DNA from: Acanthaster planci
Lineage: Eukaryota
Assembly (NCBI RefSeq): GCF_001949145.1
Contig: NW_019091357.1
Coordinates: forward strand, 3,014,859-3,078,858
DNA: 64,000 nt
Direction: 5' to 3'
This document shows positions 49,061 through 62,360 of this stretch, piece after piece (position 1 is the stretch's first letter; every line of letters starts with the position of its first letter). Position numbers and translations under genes: made by a program. Below the pieces are notes generated by a model. That model saw nothing but the letters and a program-made list of their open reading frames with translations, made no database searches and was not told the origin of the DNA.

Positions 49061-52000
49061 GGATGTAGTACCTAAATCCTGAACGAGATATTTGGCAGTA
49101 CGGTTACAGTTCAAGACTTCCTTGTTTCGAGTATGCGTCTTCTGCTGAATTATGTCCAACGTAATTATCCATTGACAAAACAATATTTTGACATCGGCTC
49201 TATACAGTGACAAAAGCGTCCGTTTGACAGCTAACTTATTTCCTCATTGTGAAGTTTTTGTTTTGAGGGGGATCGGTTGAGCCTCCTGCCTGAAAGAAAA
49301 ACCACTTTCTTTATCTATAGAGAGACTCAAAATTCAGACCAGATTGATTTCAGTTGCAGTAATAGAGAAGAGGAGAGCTAACCTGGCTATGTCGTGAAGT
49401 TAGATACATTAGATACATTTCCGTGACTGATATTTTGATGGAACTGATCACGACCGTGTACTGGCTTTACAAAGCATGACAAAATAAAACATGATGCCTA
49501 CGACCGCATGCCTAATTGCGCATATACAATTTTTTTTTTCATACGGGAACAAACTGAGCGCACAGGGAAACGGACCGCGGCGTTGGTGTCTGGGTGGGCA
49601 AATGAAAATATTGTGTGAACTCAGATCTGGAAAGTTAACATCTAGAAAGGCAATCACAAGGAATGATCCGGTTTGGCAAAGTTCTTTAGGCCTATGAGTA
49701 CATGATTCGGACCTGAATTTTCACTGTGGGAGCCATAGTATTCAAAGACATGGCGTGTTTAGAGACCTTCAAGGGGCATTTAAGCAGTGTTTAAAAATGC
49801 ATTTCCCCCTTTTATGGCATGTAAATTATACGAACTGCAAGAAAGTGTTGTGGTACTCGTTCTCCTACTCATAACTTTCATGAAGCTTTTTCCAACACCT
49901 GATTTTCATCTCTGCTAGTGATGGGTATTGTTAGTAACTGCGCAATAAAAATGTTCCTTATTGTTATTTTAATTATTACTTTTTTCAGTACTTTCACTCA
50001 TACTCCTCCTACTCATACTCGTACCCAAGTACTTGTACTTCTGGAAACGTACTTGTACTCGGGAGCCTATCGGGGCAACCATGAACCCATGCACCAATTT
50101 TAAGCCCTGATGGTTTCGGTTAGGCCTATGGTGAAAAGTTGACAATCTCGGCAAAGAATCGATCTCACAGAGGAAATGTGGTTGCCAGGGGAACGTGTCT
50201 GTTCAAGGAAATATTTGACCCACTTGAACCATCGACCTTACTAATCAGGATCCTTGACGTCAGGCAGCAAGGTCAACTGAAGAGAAATCGTACGTGGTGG
50301 AAGGAAGTAGACAAACCGCGGTGAAGTATCGACGTTGTGCATGCATGAACAGCAAAGGTTCAAACTGCTGGACACCCAGAGTTCAGTCAAAAAGGAGAAC
50401 TTTGTATAGTATTGTAAAAGTGGAAGAAAGAAGAAGAGAAAATATGCTCCTAAACGTTGCAGGGCGGACTCAGAGCCATTTTTTTCGGATGTGGTCCCAA
50501 CTTTTTTTTGGGGGGGGGACTACATTTTGAAAATGTTTCCTACAACCTTTCATGTCCTTTCTGAGGAATGATGCTACATTTTGGGATTTATACGCATTCT
50601 TGAAAGGGAGGGAAATGAAACAGACCAAAACACAAAAATAAACTTTCCTTTAAAAACCCAACACTTGTTTTGGTTCCTGAGGGATGGCTCCCCCGGTCCT
50701 TGCCCGGTCCACCCCGTTCTTAAAAACTTTGTCTTTGATTTTGAACAGCATCAATCACAAATGGATTGTTTCTTGTTAAACAGGTCAACCATGCACGTGA
50801 TTACAGGAAGAAAGAAAGTAGGGTTTATCAATCGCTTGATGCAACAATTTTGTAATTTGACCTAACAGTTAAGGAAATGCATTGTCGGGGAAGTTCAGTG
50901 GTGTGACTAATTTAATAATTAACCGTATCTCTCCTCAGAACGAGCGCGCGGGATGTCGCTCTCGTCCGGTGCTCTACCGAGTGCCCACTGCGGGATGTCG
51001 TCACGCCTGTCCGCGGTCCGTACGAAAATTGTCTTCCAAAACAAAGATGTCATTCGATTGTGGCACTAAAACAAAGCGGCCTAAAACGATTAATCATCTG
51101 CTTGCGTGGAATTGGAAACAATCCACGGTGAAGAAACCGCAGCTGGGCGAGCATAACTTTAATATAGGATGGATTCTCGTGTCAATATCCGGTGTGCTAA
51201 TTAAGCGTGTCTTTATTCATTGTCCGTTCTAATGGGAGTATCCTTATCAACCTTGCTACTATGGCATGGTGCCTTATGCTTCAGCACCCACAACTGATAA
51301 TCCCCGATGGAAACTCCTCCCTAGTGTCAACAAACGAGTGACGGTCCTTTTCAATTCATGAACTTAATATGAGCGGACCAACTTTCACAATTAGTCATAA
51401 AATTGTTCGCGCACCGTTTCCAAGACCGGCGCGCCGCGGCTGTGTGTGAATGTGCGATATCATTCGTGCCAGAGGATGAACATGTAATCCATCCTTCGCG
51501 TGAATATTGATTTGGTTGTCTCCAAATTCTTAAGCCTGGTTATCATAAAGAGGCGTCATGTCAATTATTTTTTCTCCTCTCCTATCAATGATGGTCTAGT
51601 TCTCATTCTATATTTTTACGGTTCCTAGAATATATTTGATGCCATTTTATTTCTTGAGAAAACGTCTCCCCGCCCGTTACTCTAGCGGTGAGGTTGAAAA
51701 ACTGAGCTGCAGAGCGTAAGAAGATAACCAGATCTCTCGAAGCTTGACACCGTGAAAAAGTTAGGCAAATTATTCTCTGGATTTTTCACTTCGGAAGTTC
51801 AGATCTGGGGCAGACGCGTAGTCCGATGTACGCATATTGCTTATCAGAGGGCCCAACACAAAAAAAGTCTTCCAGTACATGTCATTGGTTAGCTATCCCT
51901 CGGTGAATAATTGACACAAGGGCTCAAGCGGGAGGCGTCGGTGGGACATGAGCCGGTCGAGTTCTTCACCGTGGGTGTGTCGCAGGTTAGTGAGAGCTGA

Positions 52001-53068
52001 GCAGCGATGCGATGGGCAGTCAATCTGAGTGATTTCACGTCCATATGAGTACATGTATTGGTCAGTATGACATCAGCCGCCAAGAAACGAGAATATCAGT
52101 TATTTTGTCGAGCAGGCAGTGGAGTGTGGTTGTTGATTCCATATGCTTGCAGGAAGAACGCGTGACTACATTGCAGCACATCTTCCGCTGGTCTAGTGGC
52201 CGACCGTACGTGCGGCCGGAAGGCTGATTTGTACGACAGCAAAATGACGTGTGCGCCCGTTTCCCTTGAGCTTGCTGGTGACCCAAGGTCGGCGTGTGCT
52301 CGCAATGAAATATTGTGCTAACAATTAAATATTGATAAATAACATTTCAAGTCCAGGAACCCCCCCCCTCCGGAAAAAAATCCGGACCTTGAATATGTCA
52401 TACAAATATGAACAAGTTGGAAACGATATTGCAATGTTTCATTTTGTAAGCAAAGTAGCTTTATTATACACTGCCACCCATCATAATGGGACTACAAGCT
52501 GAAAACGGCAGACTTACATTTGACCACTCATTTCAATGTCTTGTGGTCTTAAAAGCGACTGCAAATTTTGCAACGAGAAGGAGCAAGCATACCCCTTCCA
52601 GGCATCATCAGAAGGCGTGACATGCCAATCGGCCATGTTTGCACAGCATAAGGACAAAATTGTACACAACAATCAATCTTGGGCACACAAATTGGAAAAG
52701 ACCGAAATAGTACGACCGTACGGGGCGCGGTCCGGTCTGCGGTTCAGCCTGAGAGCACATGACAACTGTATGTGATCTAGATAAGAGCGGGGTATAACCA
52801 TGAAATCTAGGACACCGATTTCGTAATCGATAAATGATTTAGCACTCGTGGGAAACAATAGGCCGAAGCTAGTCAGGGCAGTTCCTGGGCTGTAATTCAA
52901 GAGATATCATCAATTTGACAAACGCTGCCTGGAGAGACGACACGCCGGCAACAAGGATATCGTGTCTTTCTGGTTGCAGTTGCTTTACGGTTTGAAGGCA
53001 ATGAATCGGCATCGCTTGGAATAAGTAAATCCGTCCTCGGACATTGCCTCGCTAAAGAAACTCCAAAG

Positions 53069-56000
53069 ATGGCAAGCAGTAACATTTCTACGGGAAGCCC
53101 CCCCACGAGTAATGAAGAGGATGCCGCCAACACGACAGCCTCTTCGCTGGGTAGGTATACATGCACATCGTTAAGTTTTAAGTCGTCATTGGATTTGATA
53201 TGCAGTTGCAGTGGGGTCATGCCGAGAAACCAAACCAGCTTTTTGATCCCCGGAGGGGGAAAAATATAAAATAACCTTTAAAAATCCCATCGTAGAACAT
53301 GCCAAAAATGGGAGTTCGAACATCGACAACACTTACGGGAAGGTATTTTGCTTGTTTAAACGAGGAGTAACAAGCAGCGTTGGTGTACGACTCATCAAAG
53401 GAACTCCATTTATTAAATCGGGTAACGGGGGCTAAAGATTGCGCTGGAAGTAAACAAAAGAAGAAGAAGAAAAAGAGGTTAAAATATGAATTATTTATTT
53501 CTTAGGAAAGAATGTCCCCGTCTCATACTATTCACATAAAAGACACATCGTTGAAGTAAATGTCTGTTCGGGATCGTGCGTATTTCATATCATTTTAGCG
53601 ATTCTGTGAATAACAGCACTTTAAATGTTCAAGAAGATATTAAAAAAAGGAACTTGCTTGAATTTCCATTGTATAGGCTTTCGAGAACTCGGTGAAAGAA
53701 ACGCGTAAAAGATTGTCTGCACGAAACTCGCAGGCTTGGTGACACTGCACTGGGCCGGGCAGTTCGGTCCACTGCAGATTCAAACGCGTGCGTGGCAGGG
53801 AATCAGTGTACCCAGACATGAACACGGTACCGAGTCTAGATGCACTGGCATCATCACGGGGCTACGGTCTACCTACAAAATTCTTTGGAGCAAAGTTCTT
53901 CGCTATAAACAAACATGAGCAGAACAGGAATCGATGAGGTAACTTTAGCTCTCGGAAAATCCTTCTTGTGGGTCCAGCACAATTTCTGCCTTCCGGCTGG
54001 GTTCGAAACGACCTTTCTTTGAAAGTCACGGATGATCCCCGCCGGGGATGACAATCTCAGAGTAATCTGTGTAGGCTTTACACAATCGTCTGTTAGGGAC
54101 AACTGGAAAGGTTTTGTGAAACTGAACCGTTTTAAAAGTTTCTGTTTTGTGTATAGCTCTGGCATCTCAGGCTTTCTCCACCTGGAGGACATTTTGTTTT
54201 CCGATGAATTATTGTTAGAATTTACGACTAAGTGGAAAATACCCATCTCACCTTTCCCAAATTATCCCGGTGCATGTGAAATCGGAACATTTTCATTGCC
54301 TGGGTGACCTTTCACATCTGGTAAGCAAATTAACATCTCAAACAAAGTACAGCGGATGCGTTACCGTGCTGAAAGATAAAACTTCCGCGTTTTAGGCGTT
54401 GAGGGTGTTCGAGTGCGTCGAGACGTGCGGGAGCCAGCGAGGTTTCTTATCTGACAGTTGCTGCCCGCATCCTCGCTGGTAATCCATCCAAGGCCAAACG
54501 ACGCCAGGTTGACCTTTGGTGTAGTGAAGCACATATCGTCAAACGCCACATTCTAGTTATTGGAGTTGAAAAACGATGCGTTGTCTTACTGACGCTCATA
54601 TATCAACACATTGCAGTCGGAAAACATTCATGAACGAAGCGAGTATTTCAAGTTCATCCACCAAAGTTGACATGATTTGTTTTGAAGCCTTGAAATAGGG
54701 CAAACGTGACACTGAAGATATTTTGCTGAGCAATTAAACACTTCTTTTAAATTAATATTTTCTTGGCATAAGGTTCAAGCTTGTTTAGATACATGTACTG
54801 GACATGCTTGGCATTGAAAGATAGTTTCAGGAGTAGATAATTCATTTTGTGTTTAGGAATTGGGCACGTAGCAGTGGAACTTGTAGAAAAGTGATATCAA
54901 CATTGTGTTCAATTATATGTTAAATGTAGATTTAGATTGTGAACTAAATATTTGGAGCATACAGAAGTTCCACAAGCATGCCATACTAATTCTTTGTCGG
55001 AGTCCACAGCAATCCCACTTCAACGATGCCAAGCGCCCTCTTTATAATCGTGGTCATAGGAAATAACCGAAGCACATTATTACTGAGTAGTAGCGTGTAT
55101 GAGTGAAGTGAAAGTGCTTTTCTCTTGTGTGACACAAAACTGTTCATAGAGTTGCGAAATGAGTGTCTCAGTTGTTGGAATCGAAAATGGTGAATTCAGC
55201 CGCCGTCAGTGCACCATATGGACAATCTACAAAAAGCTCTGGTGCTACACCAACGCAAGTGATACCCGAAAGTTCGAGTTTGAAGAGCGGCTCAAAAATG
55301 ATGAGACTTGTTGTGAAGCCTTTCACGAAACGCCAAAACGAGCTGTGTGACAACCTCTTGGCAGGATTGATGTTCTCCCGTGACGACAAGTTGCTCATTC
55401 ATGTCACTGTACGACTTGTAAAGCGCAGGCTTTGCCTATAGTAATCAGCGCTGTTGCAGCGAACTGTTTTAATATTCCTCTCTCCTTCTGACACATTTCC
55501 TTTGTTTTCTGATAAAAATCATTATGGCATTTCCACACCACAGAGCAACATCCAGCGTGAGTTTTGATTGTCCCCGGTCCAAAGATCAGGTTTCCTGCGG
55601 TGTGTAAGACTATATAACTCGAATAATAAGTGTTCAACATGGCAGTACAAATAGTTTCCCACCTATTGTTTGACGATTTAAGTATTTCCTTACCATTATT
55701 GTCTTTGTTTAACTTGTTTAATTCGGACAGCACAAAAGTGTTTTGTTTTCATATCACCTGAAGGGACTCTTTGGACAAAACAAAACTTGCCGATTTATTA
55801 AAAAAAACGCATCATAACGCATCACTCATGCTACATTTTGCTTTATGAGAGCTTGTCGCAGTTTTGTAGCATTGGCGCTCCATACTCGAGAGCAAACACT
55901 GGAGGTTTTGTTTTCAGTGAGTCTGTTTTCCTGTTTATATTCATTTTTGCCCGTTGCTTCCCGGTCTCTTTTCATTATGCAGAGATGTTCTGGACCGAGA

Positions 56001-59000
56001 ACATGTCCATCATACTGTACGTGGCAGCAGGGATCATCATTGTCGTGTGTGTTTTCGTTCACGGGTGTCTCTTCTACCGTAGATGGTGAGTACAAAATAA
56101 TTATAGTCTACCGTCTGCAAACATTGTTTTCATTTACATGATGTGAGCATCAAATTAAAACCAGGTCTGGACTTGAAGCCTTGATAGTGGAGGAATCATA
56201 TTCATGTACACTGTAGTCTACTATTTGCGCCATTAAGTGGTACTCAGATCCGATCGTGAATTTTCGACACTGCGCCGCATCACAAACCAAACGCTGTGAA
56301 ATGATTGGAGGGTTGATGTTGGTAATGTGGGCCTTGATAACTGCGCCAAGCTGTGCGTCATGATCGAGCCATCAAAGCAAAACCATCAGTGAAAACAAAG
56401 TGACAGAAAGGTGTACTCACACTCGAAATCGCTGTCTCTGACGGCTGTTTGAAACAATCGGCACATTTTATGCTGCAGCACTAACTAAAGAACGATCCTC
56501 AAAGGGACAATGTTCATACGATTGGGAAGACACTCTTCCCCAGTCTGATTATCAGAGTTATTTTGCATGATCTTACAAACTAAATTTACATCAAATGAAA
56601 GCTATGATGACAGAAACGTCAATAGTTATAAGGCGTTAAACATGTGTATTAAGAAAGGAAATCTCAAGCTTAACTGAAATCAATCAGTGCATCTCTGAGA
56701 AGGTTACCTGTACTTTCGAGGTTTTGAGGCCTCCTTTGAGGCAGACCTTTAATTGAAATTTCTTTTCGATTCTAAACCGGTCTTTGCACGCCAATTTTCT
56801 TTTGGCACATGGAAGCCCCCAGACCACAAAATTTCCGACATGTACTGGAATGTGGTCAAGAAACATTACTGATTTGAACAGATGCCCAAGCTGGTACGTG
56901 ACCTATTAGGGGCAGGGATAGCCTCGACTGCCTCAGCATTTACAGCTTTGACGAGAAAACGAAGTTCGCCGAGGCAAATACACACTGACACAACATTAGC
57001 TTCCACAACCACAGTCAGACTTCGTTAGGCTTTTTTTTTAAATAAATTTCATTTTGAAGAGGAGCCTTCTTTGCAACCAACCTTTATACTGCCACAAACA
57101 CGTCTGCATTCAGCAGCATCGAAACTCCGAGATCGGCATTCTGACAACAATCAGTCACACGAATAACGATTGCAACACGAAGCAAAAAGTCACGCTTATA
57201 GGGTATCTAAAACGACCGGATTCCAATTGTCATGACAAACTCCAACATATAACTGTGTAATTCTGACGGTGAGAGTAACAGACTCCTTTTTGACTCTAGT
57301 CAGGAAAACTTTTCAGAGGAATCAAATTCTTGGCAAACAGGGCAACGTTTCAGAAGCTCCTTGGAATAGGCATTTCGAGTGTGAAAGATAAAGCTTTATA
57401 TTACACTGATCTGTGCCAACAAGAATGACCTTTAATGTTGATATGATATCTCACTGGAGTAATATCAAAAGCTGTAGTTGCTAAGAGAAACTGAGAGTGA
57501 AAATCTTATCCTTTCTCCACTTGCCAGCGGTGAATACACCAATGCAAGCTGGATTTTTACTTCACATTTTCAAAGCGACTCCGACACCTCTAATTTTATT
57601 TTGAGGTTGAGAGCGACACACGGAAATAGGTCCCTGTAAGAAGTCTGAGCTCAACGAAGAAAAATTTGATCCAAAGTCTACTGTGCATTTGCTAGGCAAG
57701 CTATCTTCAAAAGGCCAAATGGCGCATTTCTCAAACAGGGCTGGTCGGGGTGGCAAAACCAAGACTTTGTGAATGGATGGTTTCAGTTCAGTGTTTGGTA
57801 TTATCGATTTTCTCACCCAGCTGTGTGTGTTATTACCCCACCCTGAAAAATGTACTTAGGCCTATGTGTTAAAATAAATGGTCCCATTTTCCCTTTAGAA
57901 ATATTGTAAAAATGAGCACGGTAAGGTGAAATCGGGAAAGGGTTAATTAGTTAACCCAACATTCTGGCAAGTTCTGTTCCTGGCGTCTGCTGCTTGCACG
58001 ACTTTTGATATTTGTTTAAGAAATGTTTGTAGGTGTATGAGACCTGTGGTTGTTTCATGCATTACAAACGCACAGATACCAGCTTCTTTCGTCGAAGTTT
58101 GTATGCCTGTGATGTTTAATAATTAGGTCATTAAGCCTTCCTACAATGTTCTTTATAATGTCCGTGTTATTGCTGTTGCTGCTGTGTCTTTTTTGCTCGA
58201 GCTGTTGTCTGAATTGACAGCTCTCGTAACTGAAACTACGGTGTCTGTTGTTGGCCCCTAATCAAGCAAGAAACAGCAGGAAATTCACTGAATCCGGTCC
58301 ACTCCCAAAGCGCATAAACATTTTGACGATAATCACATTTGGAGACTTTTTTCTTCTTTTTTTTGCACGAATTCCTTTCGAGGGAGGTTAAGCGTGTAAG
58401 CAATTTCCATAGGATCTGTCAATGTAGGTGTCTCAAACTCGTCGATTAATTGAGGAAGAGGTAAAATTCACTCGCAGCCGACTTCCCCACAATCCTTGTA
58501 AATTAAAGTGGGGAATGGGCGTGCCCGTTAACCAAGACAATCACCATCAAACATTGACTGAAGAGGAGCAGTTTTACCAGCCCTGGTTGCACCCCCCCCC
58601 CCCAGTTGTGGCACAGATCACACCATCAGGGGTACAGTTCGTTATCATCGCGACTGAAGTTCACAAACATTCAACAGATTTTTAGATGTGCACGAATATG
58701 TTTAGGGAAAGTTGAATATTACGCTGAAATTTCTCATTTTTAATTACTTCTTCCATGAGGTGCAGGCCCGGTAAAACACGTGGCCCTGAGAAAAATTTAT
58801 TTGTTAGGTGGATTTATAGGCTTTGGGAAGCCGCTAAACAACCTGAAATGTTTCTCTTTCAGGAGACAAAAACGCAGGCAGTCTACTAGAGCGGATGATA
58901 AGGAGACGGGAGGGAGTTCCTTGAAAATATTCGACAGGGGCAAGGCCAATGCCAACTCCCGCGAGAACTCTGTCGCCAGTTGTGCCAACAGCGATCAGAC

Positions 59001-61101
59001 TGAGCGGTTCAGATCTGACTCTGTCCAGCTCCAGCAGGATGCGCGGTCGTCCAGTAAGTCACTCCTGGACCAGGACCTCGACGAGAGACGTCGATCGTCC
59101 TCCATCCGGATCAAGGTGCTCCCGCCCCAGGACATCGCCCGGAGCTTCAGCGGGCCGATCCAGTCCAACGAGCAGCCGGACGACAACGTCTTGTCGGACG
59201 ATCCCGGGTGGGGATCAACTCCTCAGACGTCGAAAGACGCCCTTGCCGCCCAACTAGCAGAGCTTGTGTCCAAGAGAGTCCCGAAGATGCCTGCCGATGG
59301 TCGATCAGGGGGAGTTACCTCGAATGACATGAACTCGTCTTGTTATGAGCAGATCAAAAACAGCAAAGGCACAGCCGGTATGCTGCCGAAGGCAGTCGAT
59401 ATCGCCAGGTCGAAGAGCGACAGCAACAGAAGTGTTCCAGCCATTCTGGAGACTCAGGCGAGCGAAGATGCCTACGACTGTGTGAAGCCTAGAGATTTGA
59501 TAACACGTGCGAGTGTTTCCCGGCGGGACGAGGACGGCCTCGAGTCGGATAGACTGAAACGTAGGTCCTACAGTTTTGATCATGTTCCTGTGTTTGAGAC
59601 TTCCGTTGACCTAACTTCTCACCGCCAAATACTAGCCCCAGCTCGCAAACGTAGTGCAAGCGAGAGCCATCGATTAACAGAACCGCGGCCAGAAACCGCC
59701 TCTAAGAAATCTGTGCCATTACCGGCTTCTCCGATTCCGTTGGATCCGAAAGTGGAGCCTGTGTACCACATCCTGGAGCCTGAGCCGGACGCCTTCTCGA
59801 GGAACGATCGGAGATACCGCACACTCCCGCCCATCAAGACGGCATCAACGCAGCCTTCCAGCCCAACCAAGAGGAAGTTCACGTTAAACACGCTCCTCTC
59901 GCGAAAGAGTAGGACAGCGAGGAAGAAAGAGAGATGCAAGCAGCAAACGCCGCCGAGCTCCCCCGCGAGGAGCACCAGCGATGAATCCCAGCCCACCATC
60001 TACGAAGATCCCGGAGGAGCACAGGGGTCTGACCCGACTGCCCTGGACGAATACTCCGTACTGAATCTCGACAACCAGCGGGATGTCAACGAGGAACGTG
60101 GAAAAAGACCCGACGGCGGAAGTCCCTCCAAGAGTAAGCCAAGCTTCTTGAGATCATTCCACAAAAGTTGGAACAAAAACAAAACTACCCCAAAGCAAAC
60201 CTCTGCAAAACGGCAGATAAGGGATGTCTCTGACGACACGAATGACGCCTACGAGGTGCTTGAAATACCCAAGGATGATTCTAAAGACGTAGATGGGCCC
60301 GTATACGACACTGTTAAGACAGATCATTCAGAAAGAACTCAACTTGATCCAAAGAACTTGCCAGTTATAGGAAAGACCTCCACCGGGGCTCAGCTGAGGA
60401 AGTTCCAAGCGGGCTCTGCACGGAGGGAGCTCCCCAGCACGCCGCATGACTATGATGTAATAGAGCGGGTTGGATTCCCATCACGAGGGGGTGTTTCTAG
60501 GTCCAAATCTGCACGCCCTAACGTCAGAGGGGGCTCAAGTCCCACTGTGGTGAACCGCTCTCCCAAGGCGCCGGCAACCTACGACAAGCTCGGTCCGGTG
60601 ATATCGGATCGACTTATCTTCACCGAGTCGGCGCGAACGAGGCGTGGCTCGTCACCCGCGACGGCAAAACGCGACACGGATCAAGTCTACGATCTGCTGA
60701 ATCCGGCGACGATGGTTCGACAAAATTCAACGGGTCCACTCGAACGTCAGCAGCCCCGGCCGAAAGTCGGCCCCAAGCCACAGTCGCTCCGCGGACTCCC
60801 CACAAATTCAGAGTACGATCTCCTCAATGCAAAACCGTTGCACCGTTGTGGCTCGTTCAGTGCAGCCCGCGGGCCGAAGACAGCCTCTCGGCAGCTGCTG
60901 AGAGCCAATTCTCTGGGCAAACTGCGGAAAGTCAGCCCCGAGGTTTCACCCAAGCCATCAAGGAATCGGCAGTCGGAAACGATCAACCAGTCGCATTTCA
61001 AGACTGCGGTATCTCTTAAACCCGGTGTACCGGAAGAAGCAAAACCAGCTGAACCCGTGTACTTCTGTTTAGACCCAAACACACCCCCAGAACCAATATG
61101 A
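53069..61101 (+). CDS. Uncharacterised single-pass membrane adaptor-like protein; join(53069..53150,55983..56085,58863..61101), ~807 aa
   Basis: Phases 1 and 2 are compatible and total 2424 nt. Short N-glycosylatable N-terminus (NIS, NTT, NMS), TM helix SIILYVAAGIIIVVCVFVHGCLFY, basic stop-transfer RRWRQKRR, long Tyr-motif tail. The 5' end is uncertain: the exon may start at acceptor 52980 and join an upstream exon. Confidence 0.8.
55983..56085 (+). CDS. Transmembrane exon of adaptor-like protein
   Basis: Acceptor ttttcattatgcag|AG, donor TG|gtgagt. Confidence 0.88.
58863..61101 (+). CDS. Cytoplasmic-tail exon of adaptor-like protein
   Basis: Acceptor tttctctttcag|G, ~745-codon ORF, AATAAA at 61436 and 61496. 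Confidence 0.92.
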
Positions 61102-62270
61102 GGCATTATTACCTCGTACCCGAGAAAAAGATGCGAAATTCTGAGCGACTGACAAACGCACCAGGAACGAAAAACACAATTAACGTACCGTTTGTAAACT
61201 TTGTGCGATAACTTGACCTTGTTAAATTCCGGAAGAAATAGTTATCTGGAATAACACTGGCATCAAAATTCATTGGTTAACGCTGGTAGGCAGCAAATTT
61301 CGAGAAATGTGATATTTCGGTCAAATTGTAAACAACCTAATTTCGCAAACCCCTTGTATCTGTGTGCATGCTTGTTCAGCGCACCTTATCGTCCCTCAAG
61401 CAATGCGGAGACTCGAGGTGTCCACCCGAATAAGGAATAAAAGAGACAGCACGACTTGCTTAGGGGAACACTCGAGAATTTTGCCTGGTCGAATGAATAA
61501 AAGAATGGACTGTTGTGGATATGTATATTATGCAGACCTCATTCAACACTAGGACGCTATAATTATTTAAACAAGGAGTATGACGTGGCATGTACATAGC
61601 CGCGTTTGGGATTTCTCGTTCAGCTACTTTCCTCCCTGCTTTTAGTCACTAACTATGCCAATGACTAGACAGCTTACTTAACAAAAAAACTGCGCTTAAT
61701 ATTTAGACTTTGGCACATTGCATTAAACAGCCGCCACATTTAAACTCCACATTCGTTTAATCTCCAAAGAGGAGAAGGCCAGCCTTGTCAGAACTGCGCT
61801 CTATACATCACTACTTCTAGGTAGCAACTGCGAGCCCAATAGACGCGAAATGACCGAAAGTGATACCCAAGCCATAACTGTGAGATACGACAGTCAAACC
61901 AACCACTAGGGCAACACTGATCGATGCACAATAGGTCTGCAGTTTTCCTGATATGGTTTCACGGGTGACACCATCTAAGGTCTTGAAGCCAATAACTTTC
62001 ACAATTTGAAGAGGAAATACGGGGAGCCTTTGTCAGGCTTCACTTGCGATGCTTTCAGTGTTTTTAATATTTGCATTCATAAAGGTAAAGAGATTTGACA
62101 GCAGATTATGTAAATGCAATGTTAAACAGATTTCTAATGTTCATGTTGCCAACTTAGGATAAAAATCTGACAGACAGGACTAGATCGGAATGAATTACGT
62201 CACGAACATTAAAGGTGACAGCGGTAACGTTTCTTAAGACAAAGGTTAAACCAATTAAAGCTTAAGAAAC

Positions 62271-62360
62271 AATACAAGTGATTTGCAATACAATGCGCCA
62301 CCAAGAGGTTGCCATGAAATGGTCATTTGCGCATTGCGTTGTGGGAAATTGTCGACAAAT
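62271..62360. repeat. Highly degraded family A MITE fragment
   Basis: TGCGCCACCAAGAG and TGTCGACAAAT matches. Confidence 0.45.

Noticed and set aside
58780..58862. N-terminus of the 773 aa ORF (likewise 40381-40400, 5770-5841, 13456-13549)
   Set aside because: These are intronic read-through upstream of clear splice acceptors.
60240..60320. ITAM in the adaptor tail (YEVL...YDTV)
   Set aside because: The 14-residue spacer is longer than the ITAM consensus; no canonical ITAM was found in either tail.
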